Assembly (NCBI GenBank): GCA_965178125.1
Contig: OZ237738.1
Location: 124,001 to 188,000, forward strand
Source: Bilabrum cf. latius
Taxonomy: Eukaryota
DNA length: 64,000 bases
Reading direction: 5' to 3'
Shown: one piece after another, positions 1-12,229 of the stretch
Position numbering within the stretch: position 1 is the stretch's first letter
Layout: every line of letters starts with the position of its first letter
Translations under genes and position numbers: made by a program
Notes under the pieces: generated by a model
Database searches by the model: none
The model's input: only the letters and a program-made list of their open reading frames with translations
What the model was told of the DNA's origin: nothing

Positions 1-1869
1 CTGGGGGCGCACGGGGAGGGGTGGGAGCTGCTGGGGCAGCGGCCCTGGTGCTCCGCGCCCCCGCTGCAGCAGGCGCGCACGCGTCCCCTGCAGCGGGACC
101 CAGAGTACCGCTGGAAGCGCGAGTGGAGCAAGGAGTACCAGGGCGAGGGCACAGGGGGAGCGGGAGCTCGGGCCAGGGGTCCGAGCATCAGGCGCGCGAA
201 GGGGACAGGGCCAGGGGACGGCAAGGAACAGGAACAGGGACAGGGGGCAGGCGCCTTCTCCGGTGGTCGCCTCGCAGCTGCCGCCCTCACGGGCCGCAAG
301 CGCAAGCGACCCACAGACCCAAGGCGCAGGTGGGCGGAGCGCAGGCGCCGAGCCGCCGCGGAGGACTCGCTGTACATGCTGCGCCCCCGCATCACGAGAG
401 ACAAGGTGCTGGCCCTCGACAGGATACCGCTCACGTAGAGGTCCGTTCAGTGGCGCCGGTCCGCTGCCGCCCAGCTGGCGGGCAGGGCGGCCGCCCAGGA
501 GAGGGTGCGCCGGGAGCGGGTCACGGGCCCGCTGGCCGGGATGGCGCTGGCGGCCGGCGCCGTGGGGGTGCCGATGCCCAGGTCGGGGTCGTTTGCGCGC
601 GCCGTGCTGCGGGGACAGGGGCAGGTGGCGGACGAGGGCGCCGTGGACGGGAGGGGCCACGGGGTCGCGTACGGGCCCCGCGTGGGACTGGGGCAGGCCG
701 TGCTCTCCGAGACGCATGCCGTGCACGCAGCTGCCTTCCCCGGGGGCGCCCCCGTGCGCCTGGCCACCGGTGACGCGCTCGGGCTGGGCGAGGAGGCCAG
801 GGGCTCGGCTGCCGCGGTGGCTCCCGGGGGGTTGTTCACCGGGTTCCACCGCCGGAGCGCGCCGAAAGGGGCGGCGCACGCGCGGCGCAAGGGGGACATG
901 GTGCACGGGAGCGCGCCCCTCGGGTGGATGGCTCGGTGGTCGGACGGGTCGGGCGACCCCGACCTGGCGGACAGGGGCGTGGTGGGCCGCGCGTCTGCGC
1001 CCGTGCGCAGCGCGGTGATGGCTGACTCGGCCTTTGCGAGGATCGGAGGGGGGGCGGGGGCCAACGGTGCCGCGCCCCGAGCCGCTGTCGGCGGTGAGGC
1101 GGCAAGCGGGGCCGCTGGGTCTTCGTCTTCTTCTTCCTCCTCGTCGTCGTCGTCGTCGTCTGCTTTTTCGTCCAGGGCGGGCGGACATTCGGTGGGCGGC
1201 GCCGGCGCCGGCGTGCACCCGGACGACACGCAGGTGGTGGATCCAGCGGGGTCTCGAGCGGCGGGGGACGCTCTGGGCTGGGTGCGGGCGGTGGGGCGGC
1301 GGGCGGAGGCTGCGAGCGGGCTGGGGCGGGGGAGCGGGGCGCTGCTTCCGGCCGAGCAGCGGGCGCAGGGGCTGCTGGGCGGGCTGCAGGGGTCGCACAC
1401 GGGCCTCATGAAGCAGCGCGCGGCCTTTGTGTCGTCCACCGGGGGGCCCGTGGGGGTGGTGAGCGGGTCTGCGAGCAGCGGGCAGTCGGCCAGCGGTGCC
1501 TCCGCGAGCAGCGGACAGGGGCTGCCGCTGGGCTCTCTGGCGGCAGCTCACGCGTCCAGCGCTCGCGTGGACGAGACGTACGCCCTGGAGGACTCTGATG
1601 ACGAAAACCTGCTGCTGTCCGCGCACGCCGCCACGGCCGACTGCCGGACGGGCTACGACGGGACGGACGAGACTCCTTCCGCGCCGCTGGGGTCGAGGGA
1701 GAGGTGGGCCGCCAGCATGGTGGAGGGTGGCAGCAAGGGGGTCGGGGCGCTGCAGGCGGCCGACCGCACCGGCTGGCTGAGCACCGCCGGGTTCCACCCC
1801 CAGGCCGGCCGGGACTCGGCGGCTTTCCTCTTCCACCAGCAGTCTCTCGTGGACCAAAAGCTGCTTTGA
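1..1869 (+). CDS. Hypothetical low-complexity protein, 5' end outside window
   Basis: Frame 1 is open from base 1 to TGA at 1867-1869 except for one TAG (436-438). Ala/Gly/Ser-rich with a poly-Ser tract; no recognisable domain. Confidence 0.6.
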
Positions 1870-2002
1870 AGACAAGATACCAATCATTCGCTGTTGTGAT
1901 TCTGTTTCTTGCTGTTGCCTGGCGGCCCGTACCCACTTGTGCTGTGGCACAGGATGGCATGGCTTGGCCTCATGCGCTCGAAAGAAGCTACTTTAGAAAT
2001 AT

Positions 2003-2384
2003 TCATGCCTTCCACAGCAATATCGACACCCCCTCGTACACAGACAAATAAATATAAGCCTTAAGCTTCTGCGTTACGAACGCCCCAAACGATTTTCCAA
2101 CGATACAGTTCCATCCCTTGCCCTTCTCTTTGTCGCATCGCTCGCGAATTCGCTCAGCTAGCTTTGAGTATACCAATGATGCCGGAGGATTTGTCTTGAA
2201 AATATCAATGCATAGTTCCTTGATTTCAGCTTCGTCTTCCTCGCTGAGGTCCTCGGCTGCGTAGAGTGCTAAGCTAACACGGTGCGATGGATGCTGCTGT
2301 GAAACCCCTGCAAAAAGGCCAGGCTGGCGGGCCAAGGTCACTTCAAATCTCACCGTACACAATTGGCTCTTTTCTCATCGGCAT
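2003..2384 (-). CDS. Dynein light chain type 1 (LC8 family) protein, 2 exons
   Basis: LC8-type motif 'LAERIRERCDKEKGKGWNCIVGKSFGAFVT...YIYLSVYEGVSILLWK'. Predicted ATG 2384 and GTGAG...CAG intron 2257-2353 give MPMRKEPIVY/AEDLSEE. Ends TGA. Confidence 0.85.
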
Positions 2385-2527
2385 GACTGCCTTTACCTTC
2401 CGTGTAGCAGCCCGGGAGGAGGCTCGCAAACCGCAACGGAATTGCGGTTCTAACCACAAAAAAACGTTGCGACCGCGGCTTGCGACCTGGGGCGTCCAAA
2501 CGGAAACTACTGGCATTCAAGTCAGCC

Positions 2528-4550
2528 ATGGCGAGTAAGGTTGACGATGATGCGCTCGCAAGGGCATCTACTGCAGATATTACCTCGTCGCGTATCCGGG
2601 AGCTGGAAACGGCCATCATGGAGCACCAACTGGACGAGGACGGCGGCCTTCCAAGCAGGCGCGTGTGCGGAGCAGCCATGGATCTATGCCTATTGTACAA
2701 TGCCTGTGCGAAGGACGCCATCGTAGACTATACAGCTTCAAAGGGACAGCGACCCGAGAAAAAAGCACGCAGCCGCTCACGGTCTCCTCGGGCAGCCCGG
2801 CCTGGTGCAGCGACCAAATCCAAGGCGGCAGCTGCGGACGAGTACGACACCAACCCCGCGGTGGGCTACTTGAAGAGAGCCACGACCATGCTGGAATCGA
2901 AAACCCTGTTTCCATCGTCCTAGCTCAGGCGGCGGCTCCTGGCGGTGACATACAACAACCTCGCGCTCTACCACACGAGACGCACTGCGCGCATCCACAC
3001 CGCGCTCGTGTACCTCGACGCGGCGACCGCGCTTGAGTTGGACATCGTGCGGCATGCAGATGCAAAAGCGCGGCAGCACGCAGAGTACTACCAGCGGGTT
3101 GTCTCCCGGCAGTCCGCAAGACGGGCCGCGGCCGAGGCCACCGGGGGCCACTACCACGACGGCAGCGGGAGGGCACTGAGCCCCCCGCGGTCCCCTGGCG
3201 TGCGCATGGAGGAGACAGAGGCGGCGCTGAGGGGCGTGCGGGAGAGGGCGCGGGCCAGGGGGGCGGATCCCGGAGAGGTGAGGGGCTACGTGGTGGGGCC
3301 CGGGGACGTCCCACGGAGACACCCTCCCCCGCGCGGGAATTAGGGGGGTGAACGCAAGGGAGCAGACAAGGGTGGGGATGGGGCGGGGAGCTACTCAAGT
3401 AGTGCGGCCCACGAGGCCGCCAAGGAGGCCTCTAGGGGCCTGCAGACCGCCCTCTTGGCCTGCGCCGCCGACAGGAGGTCCCTTGCGAACACGTACGTGA
3501 ACGCAGCGTGCGTCTTGTCGCAGCTGGGCAGGCACAGTGAGGCGCTGGAGCGGGCGCAGGCCGCCGTACGGCTGCTGGAGAGCGTGATTAGAGAGGTCTA
3601 CGGCAGCGGCGGCAGCGGCGGCGCAGAGGGCAAGGGTCTGCAGGAGGGCGAGAGTGCGCTGGAGCTGGGCGCCCTCCTTGTCTTCGCCCTGCACAACGAG
3701 GGTGTGGAGCTGGAGCACCTCAGGAGGTACAGGGATAGCGAGTGGGTGTTCGCCAAAGCGGTGAGGGCCGCCGCCGCCTCGCTGCCGCCGGGGCACCCCG
3801 CTGCCGAGGCGGTGGCGGCTGGTCTGGAGCACGTGAGGGCAGCGGCAGTGCACGGCGAGAAGCGGCTGTCGGAGCGGCGGGGCAGGGGCGGCGTGCCGAG
3901 CCACTCGGTGGGCAGACGGGGCCGTGCAGGCGCCTCGACGTCCTCCCCCCGTGTGGGTGTTGGTGTGGGGGGGGCGGGCAGGAAGTAGGTGAGGAGTCCG
4001 CGCGCCAGGGACGTGTCACCCCGTGCTCCTCGCATTCCCAGGTCTGCAGTGGAGGAGGAAGAGGGGGTTGGCGAAGACGAAGAGAAGGAACGGGGGGAAA
4101 GGATGGCGGCCGGGCCTAGGGCGGTGGGTGCTAGGGCTCCTCGATCAGGGGTTGCGAGCGGGGCGGCTGGGAATCCCAGGAGGGCAGTGGGCGGGTCCAG
4201 AGGGCCTGGTGCTGAGAGGGCGACAGATGAGAGCAAGGGCAAGGACAAGGGTAACGGCAAGGGCAGAAGTAGCAAAACATACCAGCGTGGATAGAACTAG
4301 GGTGTAGCATCGCGGGCAAAAGATGCTGAGCAGCAGCAGCAGAAGCAGCAGCAGCAGGATGACAAGCGGTAGACGAGGAAAAGGCCGCCGTATTAGGAAG
4401 ACAAGGATCTTGCAGATTTGGATGCAGCGGCTGATGCGTACGTGGGCGGAGACACTGCCGCAAGCGACGCGGATGCAGATGCAAGCTAGGGTGCCAGCGG
4501 GGCACTTCACAGTGTGCATGATGACGGCGATGCCGGAGGGGCCGCGGGCA

Positions 4551-4608
<58 letters not shown>

Positions 4609-5188
4609 GAAGGAAGTTGTGTTCGCAGACCAACCAGTCGTGCACGGTGCCGGTGCCAGTAGGGGGAACGAAGGGGGTGGCAAGCGCTCCGACGGGGACG
4701 GGCCAGCGCTCCCGGAAGCAGGCAGGATCCAGCCGCTGGACGACACCGGCAGGCAGCCCTCGTCCGATGCAAGGCAGCCGTCGAGGCCCGCCCCGCCGAG
4801 CCGGCCCACACCCCCCGTGCGTGAGAGCAGCGAGGAAGGGGGGGCTCCAGTGGTTTCGGAGCGGCTGGAGCTGGAGGGTGACCCCGGATATGGGGGTGAG
4901 GATGGGGGGGGGCAGGGCCGGGGGGTGGCGAAGACACCGATGGCGAGGGTGAAGATCTGGGGGGAGGACGGGGGGTAGGGGTAGGGCGACGGTGCGGGGG
5001 CGGGGGTGGGGGGCAAGGAGGGATCAGATAGGGGCGTGGCTGTTCCCCGGACGGCCCCCGATGGGTCCAAGGACTCCGGATCCGTGCAGGGGAAGGACTT
5101 CTCGGCCATGTCCTCTGATGCGGGGGCCTCGGCACTTCGGCCGCCCACAGCCCCGGAGGAAAGGCTACTTGCGATGCTAGACGCCTGA
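2528..5188 (+). CDS. TPR-repeat protein with long disordered C-terminus (10 in-frame TAG)
   Basis: TPR-like helices 'LLAVTYNNLALYH', 'LANTYVNAACVLSQLGRHSEALERAQAAV', 'ALHNEGVELEHLRRY'. ORF pieces 2480, 2945, 3455, 3989, 4514 and 5006 share one frame, are separated only by TAG, and end at TGA 5186-5188. Confidence 0.8.
4554..4608 (+). repeat. (CAGGGA)n hexamer microsatellite encoding poly-GQ
   Basis: Tandem GGGACA units read directly; in frame within the TPR gene. Confidence 0.9.
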
Positions 5189-6733
5189 GAGCTACGCTTT
5201 TGCTGAGCAAGTGCCGTTCAGATGTGATTTTGGGAGGCTAGTCTGGCTTTCATGTTCCGCAGTGTTTTGTGCGCGGCGCCTCAGGTCCTTAGATCCGTCG
5301 GTTGTAACTTACCCCGACACATTCATCACACCAATTCTTGACCGCAACGATCCCCGACACAATACAACTCGTCGATTATCACGCGACATCAATAGCGTAT
5401 CTTCCATGTAATGAGGTTTTTTCATTGTGTAATTAGTGAATTACCATACAACCACCGTAAGGCTAACGAGAGGAGCAGCACGCTGATCCAAATGCCACTG
5501 AAACCACAGTCCACGCTGCATCCCTATTGTGCAATCATTTCGACGAATAGAATGCGCTATTGGTCGACTTCATTACAGATCAAATAGGTATTTAAAACAA
5601 ATCACCGCTCCAGTATGTCACAGAGAGTCCATTAGAACCGAGGATGGTCTCATTTGACGTCAGATCTCGATTCATTTTGGGCAGAATCCAATTCACCACT
5701 GTCCTGATACACTTATAGTTTATTTATACATACGATTTGTTTGTGTATGGTACTGTATTTGTACAGGTCCTACAATTTCGCAAGTTGTGGCTGTTTCCAG
5801 TGGTTTGGTACCATTCAGAACACAATTGTGTCAAATCTATGAGGCCAGTACTAGTTTGAGACTAATCATGGTATTAATATACCTAATAAAAGGCAGTGTA
5901 CGGATTTTCAGTCCCAATGGTGTAGAATAGCATGGCGTACTTCAGGTCTTCTGGATCTGGCCACCCGCACAGCTGCTGGTGCTGCTCGTGTCCTAATGAT
6001 GGCCATAGTAGCCTCCTGTTCGATTTTCTGAATACGATCAATACAAAAAATGTAGTGGTTGGTCTCAATTCGCGGTAAGCTGCAGATTGGTGAGGTAAAT
6101 GTGCAATAGCTAACTCTGCGGCCTGGTTCAGTCATCCTCACGGGAAACACCCTACTCATGAACCGCACAGCAGAATATGAGCGCGTTATTTGAATAAAGT
6201 CATCAATTTGCTCAGAATTATGAGGAGTGTAATCAAATTCAGTATCTCAGAGGGCCAATCGAAGCAAGTTTGTTGCGGCTGCCAGAGGGATGACCGTGGA
6301 CCCTGTCGTGTCCAAATGAATCTTATTCAGACATTCGTCTGCACAGCAGCGTATAATTTAGCATCATTATCATACAGGTATATTTTTAGGTCTATTTTGT
6401 AGACTAGAAAGGGGTATGCGGGCAGTGTCGGGGTGTCGTGCGACACTAATCACACAGTTTTGGCGCCGCGCAAAGCTGCAGCTCCCTGCTAGAGGCCAAT
6501 TCTTTGAATGGCATGTTAACAGACTTAATCTCATCGTATGGAGTTGAAAGGCGCACCAGCAGACTCGCAAGAGCGCGCTGAATCGAATTGCATCATGATT
6601 TCTTCTCCGAATTATCTGGGCGCCGCGCAAATTGCTGATCCGGAACCGGCAAAAACCAGTAAATTGTGTATTGTTCCGTTACATTCGACGGATCTAATCT
6701 GCAGTGTTCGTTTGCTCATTCAGAGCACGCGGG

Positions 6734-9700
6734 ATGAAACTGATGAAATCGATTTCATTATTCTTTGGATCCATGCTTACTACTGCCCTTGCTGACCCGG
6801 CCTCCTGGTGCCCAGGCGTCGACAAGCCACCATTTCAAGTGTTTCTCGATCTCACGTGCAACGAGCAAGGCTGCCCCGACATGGAATAGTTCCATTTTAC
6901 CACGAACCAGCTTTCGTAGACTGGTCATGGGTGCAGACTGCCTGGCTGCAAGCCGTGGTCCCAAGGGGACTTCCCCCAAACGAGCCCGAACGGAACGATC
7001 TAGAGCAACGGCGGCGTGCCACAGGCAGCGAACTTTTCGCTTCACGTCTAGAAGCTGCTGAGTAGCGTGCAGGACTGGATTCCATCCTCAGATTGGACTG
7101 GTAACGCGGTCTTCGACTTCGAGTCTTGGACGCCGGTGTTCGAGAGGAACGATGGGTCTGGCACCTGGCACGGCGATGCTTACTACGATCGATCGCTGGA
7201 TCTGGTCAAGCAGCAGCACCCTGATTGGACGCACGCGCAGCTCGTTGCTGCCGCAAACGCTTCTTTCACCGCGGCGGCGGTGGAGTTTTTCGCCACGACC
7301 CTGCGGACCGTGCGGTCGATGCGCCCCAATGCGCTGTGGGGATTCTACGGCTTTCCACAGAACGACTACTACCCGTGCGACAACACCACAGGCAGCGACG
7401 GTTCTCATGATGTCTCATACAAGTGCGGCTACGAAAGCTACAAGGGCCCCCTGATGCGCGCCCAGAACGACCGCCTAGCCTCGGTGTGGGCCAACAGCAC
7501 CGCACTGTACCCGTCCATCTACCTGCCCCCGCGCCCCGCGGGCTGGCCCATGGACAAGTTCGTCGAAGTCAACCGAGAGTACGTGCGGACCGTGACCCAA
7601 GAGGCCGTACGGCTGACTCGCAAGCATGGATCGGGTCCTGTGCGCCCCTTCGCCTGGTCCTTCTACCACAACGGGAGCCGCACGCTGCAGGCCGCGGATG
7701 TGCGCAACCTGCTCGAGGCAGCCTACCAGCCCCCCGAGGTGGACGGGGTGCTGTGGTGGGGGTCACCTACCTTCTTCAACCTGACAGACTACCAGGCGTT
7801 CGCCAACGACACCCTGGGTCCCATCGTGCAGGGCTTTCTAGAGGACAAGTGCCAGTGCGCGAGGGAGAGCTGCGGCGGGCACGGGGCCTGCCTGCCATCT
7901 GGTGGGCAAGGCTAGTCCGGGGCGGTGTGCGCGTGCTTCGAGGGCTGGTCAGGTCCCGACTGCTCCCAGCCGAGCGATGTACCCGTGGATAGGCATGCTC
8001 AACAGTCGTCCCCAGCGCCTGCGTCCTACCCATCGCCAGCAGGGTTCGATCCCGCACAGTCCGCGCCTGCGTCCTACCCACCGGGCACGAGGAGTGCCGT
8101 GGGTGACCCCGGCATGCGGCTGGCCCCCCGCGTGCTCATGGAGGGGTGGACCTTCTGCAACCGAGCGGGACCCGACTGCGGCGTGGGGCCCAGGTGGGCC
8201 GACTGCGCGCCGGACCAGGGCCAGCCAGCAGGCCCTGGGCCCAGCGGGAACCTCGTGTCTCCCGCAGACAACGCTGCAGGGCTCAATGCCAGCGCGCCCC
8301 AGTCGCAGTGCGACCCATACACGCAGCAGAAGGAGCGCGATCTGGGCGCCCTGTGCGAGCGCAAGCCAGGCTCTGGTGCGGGCAACTCGTCCTTCTTCTG
8401 GACGGGCATGCTCAAGTCAGGCAACATGGACGACAATCAGGAATGCAAGCTATGCGGGCTGTGGTGCGAGCCGGACTGCTGCCCCAAGCAAGGCGCCGAT
8501 AAGGCAGAGTCCTCCGCTAGCACCAGCGGCGGGGGGACCAGCCGTTACAGCGCGGACACAGCAACCGAGTACGCTCTCCGGGGGTCCAGACTACCGAACG
8601 ATGGCGTGCACGGCAAGGCGACCAGACGGTCGAGGTCAAGCAGTGGCCTCCAGTTTGACAACAAGCCCATGAATCAGCCCATCGTGTCGCAGGAGTGGAC
8701 CACGAGCAGCGGACAGGGGTCCTCCCAGTCTTGGGAGGGTGCCATATTCGGGACGTGGGACCTGCCAGTGTACCAGACCATCGCTGCCGTGCGCACGCTC
8801 GCCGAAACCGGGTCCAAGGTGCCCTGCAGGGAGTATCCCAGCGTGCCTGCAGCCCTGTGCTCTGCATCAGACAGCAGCGAGACCAGCGGGCCAGCCGGAA
8901 GTGCCGCTGCCCCTACAGCTGCTTCTGTTTGCGACCTGACCGGCGTCTGGGTTGGCACGGACAGGAGTCACGCGATCTCAGTCGCGCAGGTGAACGGCTC
9001 CACAGACGGGCGTCCTGCTGTCGCACTGGCTAGGGCAGAGCCGTGGGGGGACGTGCTGGCCACGCTCACGATCACACCAGGGCAAGGTGGCGCGGCGGAC
9101 ACCGTCGTGATGAGCAGGCCGGGAGAAGGAGACGAGACGGGGACGCTGTCGCCGGTCAGTGGGTCCTCGGGTCCGTGCACCGGCATCCAGTGGAGCCAGG
9201 GGTCGTCGGTCACGTGGTGCCGGTCCAGCGCTCAGTGCGATGTCCCGTCCCCTGGCCCCATCGAGCAGTCCTCTTTCTTCCAGCAGGACTGGCGCATGGC
9301 CCCCATCCCGGCCGCGCCATGGGAACACGAGATCAGCAGCGCTGGTGACCAAGCGACGTCTAAGTCATCCTCGTCACAGCCCCGTCTTACGTACCGATCC
9401 ACGATGCGCACCAGCCAGCACTACTCGTGGCTTATGCTGTACTTTGGCGCCGATGCAGCGCAGGGTTCCAAAGGCGGCTATCCGTGGGACGGCCGCGGCA
9501 TCATGTCCACCCTTCCCGTGTCCTCGCCCCACCTCCCCAACGCGACCAACGATGCATTCCGCGCGAGGTTCTGGCTCAACATCACCACCAGGCAGTCGCT
9601 CGGGAGCTTCTACTTCTAGAACTGGGCCTCGTGCTGGAAGAACAACGGCAGCCTGTGCGACGGGGACCAGAGGTCAGACGTGACCCGGTACATCCTGCTG

Positions 9701-10279
9701 GACCTGAACGCGAAAGCCATCGGCAGGGGGCCCCGAGGAGAGGCCCTGACCTGCGGGCCCGCACCCGATGAGCAGCTGCTGTGCCCCGCGTGGCACGTGC
9801 TGGCCTCCTCGGGAGAGCGCGTATTCCCCAACGACACGGCAAGGTTTCCCTACGATGCGTACCACTACGTAGGCGGGACAGGGAGGGTCGGGCGGCGCAT
9901 TGGTGGCGCCGTCGGCAGTGGTGGAGAGAGTCATGCCGTCGGTGCGTACGAGTACGGGGTGCCGTCCTCATCGCCAGTGGGCCACTTCGACTTCTTCAGC
10001 AACCCCTAGGAGCAGGACTTCATTAAACTGGCTCCTTCCGCGGAATGGGCTGCCTTTGGGCTGCCTGCATCGGTGCAGGACGGCATGAAGCCGGGCTGGT
10101 GGGACGTCAACGTGGGCGGGGTGACTGCGCGGGTTCCCATGGACGGCATGGAACCCAGCCACCGGATTTGGACCACCGTGAACATCGGCCCCGAGATGGG
10201 CATCGGTGGGGAGTGTGCTGCTCAGTTTGCGCAGTGGGAGGTCGCTGGATACGACGTGCTGGCCCAAGGGAGCCAGTGA
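6734..10279 (+). CDS. Secreted GH56 hyaluronidase-like + EGF-like + plant-type Cys-rich domain fusion (7 in-frame TAG)
   Basis: Signal peptide MKLMKSISLFFGSMLTTALA. GH56 motifs 'NGGVPQAAN', 'GNAVFDFESWTP', 'RPNALWGFYGFP', 'STALYPSIY'. EGF 'CGGHGAC...CACFEGWSGPDC'. Then 'DPGMR...EGWTFCN...WLMLY...SCWKNNG..CDGD..DVTRY...FPYDAYHYV...SNP*EQ'. TAGs at 6887, 6917, 7001, 7049, 7913, 9617, 10007; ends TGA. Confidence 0.85.
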
Positions 10280-10389
10280 GTAGATAGTCTGACGACATGG
10301 ACGTACGTCGTCTACTTGCGTGTACACGATGCAAACCGATCCGATGATTGCTGCTGATGGATTTTGGCTACAAGCATTACACTATGGTC

Positions 10390-10450
10390 TCTGTATAGCC
10401 TCAGCTCCAGGTCCCCACGGTTTCTGTATAGCCTCAGCTCCAGGTCCCCA
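10390..10450. repeat. 28-bp direct repeat (33-bp period) duplicating the GH27 stop-codon region
   Basis: TCTGTATAGCCTCAGCTCCAGGTCCCCA at 10390-10417 and 10423-10450. Confidence 0.85.
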
Positions 10451-11891
10451 TGTTAGCATCTAGCTCCAGAGGGCCATGCGAGCCGGGTGGGAGCAGCAGC
10501 AGCGGCTCCGTGCCTGCCCCTGCAGACAGCCCCGTCACAACTAGATCTCCGCCCTCCCATGGCCGCAACTGCGTGCCGTTCCGCAGCGACTGCACCCCCC
10601 AAGGGTGCTCCTTGGACGGGAGAGGCACGCCCGTCTGCACTGGCAGAGCATCGGGAGGCAATCCGAGGTCGATGGGTGCAGAGCCGGTGTTGATCCAGAC
10701 TGCCGCCCAACTCCCGCCGGACAGCTGGCGGGCCCACACGTTCGCATTCTGAGGCACACTGGCAGACGCGCGAGCACTGTTACCGTTGGCAGCTGCACCG
10801 TATTTCTAGCTTTCGCTTGCCTCGCCGAGGTCCACCTCAGGAGCAGCAGAATCACTCGCCACCTCCTCCGCTGCCTCGAATCCAGTCAAGTTGCCCCCCA
10901 CCACGCGGAGGGGCGGTCCAGGGTTGGGGTCCTGGTTCACAGCGATCAAGAATCTGTTCCCCCACGCGCCCCGCTCCTCAACGGACATGTTCGTCACATC
11001 CCCCGAGATGAAGAGGGGAGCACCGAGCACGCCCCAGGCATCCATCTGGGCTCGCACGTGCCCGGGCTTGGGGTCGTTCCAACCGCCCAGGCAGTGCGCA
11101 TTGCGCGGCGCCGCGGATCCGAACAGCAGGTCGGGGTCGGCCCATGCCCCGGGCCCGGAATGGCCACCCGCAATGGAGAGCACATCCAGCGCCTTGCTGG
11201 TGCCCCAGTCGCCCGCCCCCCAGAACCGGACGTCGTAGGCAATTCTGCACGCGTTGGCTAGTTCGGCACACTTCGGTCCCATCCAAGAGGGCCCTCCTGA
11301 GGCGCCGCCCTTGCTCGTGCCGGGCGAGTGGCCGCAAGTGGAGTAGAAAATCGGCACGCCGGTCGCATTCAAAGCGTCTCGAATGCGGGCGTAGCTCTGT
11401 TCAGCCGCAGCTCTGCTGTGATCGCCGCTCATGTCGTCCACTTTGAGGTATTGCGCACCCCAGCTCGCGATGCTCGCCGCGTCCTGCTCCTCGTGTCCTT
11501 GCATGCCCGGGCCTTTCGTGATCGTCTGTGGCCCGCGGTCCGAATAGATGCCCAGCTTCAGGTGCATGCTCCTTAGGTGCTAGCTCAGCCACGGAATACC
11601 GCGCGGAAAGAGCTCGGGGTTCCACGTAATGCTCCCATTCGGCTCGCGGTCTTTGGAAATCCACCCGCAATCTATGACGAGGTACTCGTACCCAAGATCG
11701 CGGAGACCTGTCGATACCATGGCGTTGGCTGCTTCTAGAACGAACGTTTCGTTGGGACAGCAGCCAACAACGTCGTAAGTATTAAATCCCATTGGGGGCC
11801 GAAGCCCGAGCCCGTTGTTGAGCCCATGTGCAATGTGCAACAACTTGAGCGCCACCAGCACGGCTCCTGCGGCTCCTTGCACCGAAAACAT
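10434..11891 (-). CDS. GH27 alpha-galactosidase / alpha-N-acetylgalactosaminidase (2 in-frame TAG)
   Basis: Signal peptide then 'LNNGLGLRPPMGFN', 'YLVIDCGW', 'FPRGIPWLS*HLRSMHLKLGIYSD', 'WGAQYLKVD', 'GPGAWADPD', 'IAVNQDP', 'VWARQL'. TAGs at 11580 and 10806; ends TGA. Confidence 0.9.
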
Positions 11892-12229
11892 GCGTGTGGT
11901 ACCCACAAATAGGAAACAGCGATTAACCCGTACGATAAGCCTTGCAGCAATAAAAAATATGGTCGAGCGTTTTTTTGTTGCGGTCACGGTGAGACCACGA
12001 ATTTGGAGTTCCATTCGGCCTCATCATCACAGCTTGTGCACGGCAACTGACTTGCCGTGCATCAACTGTCACGGGAGGCCGTGCAAGGATCGGATGAATG
12101 CAAGATCTTTTGATGGATCCACTTCATGGCATCGATCTGATCTGGGTGCTCTCAATCAATTCCGTGGCTGTTCCTAGCGGGCTAGGCTGGTTGCCGTGCT
12201 TGACTTGGTCACGTTCCCTCCATTCAGGC

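Noticed and set aside
5200-6700. Suppressor tRNA(CUA) gene in the window
   Set aside because: I could not identify a cloverleaf or T-loop consensus by eye here or in other intergenic gaps.
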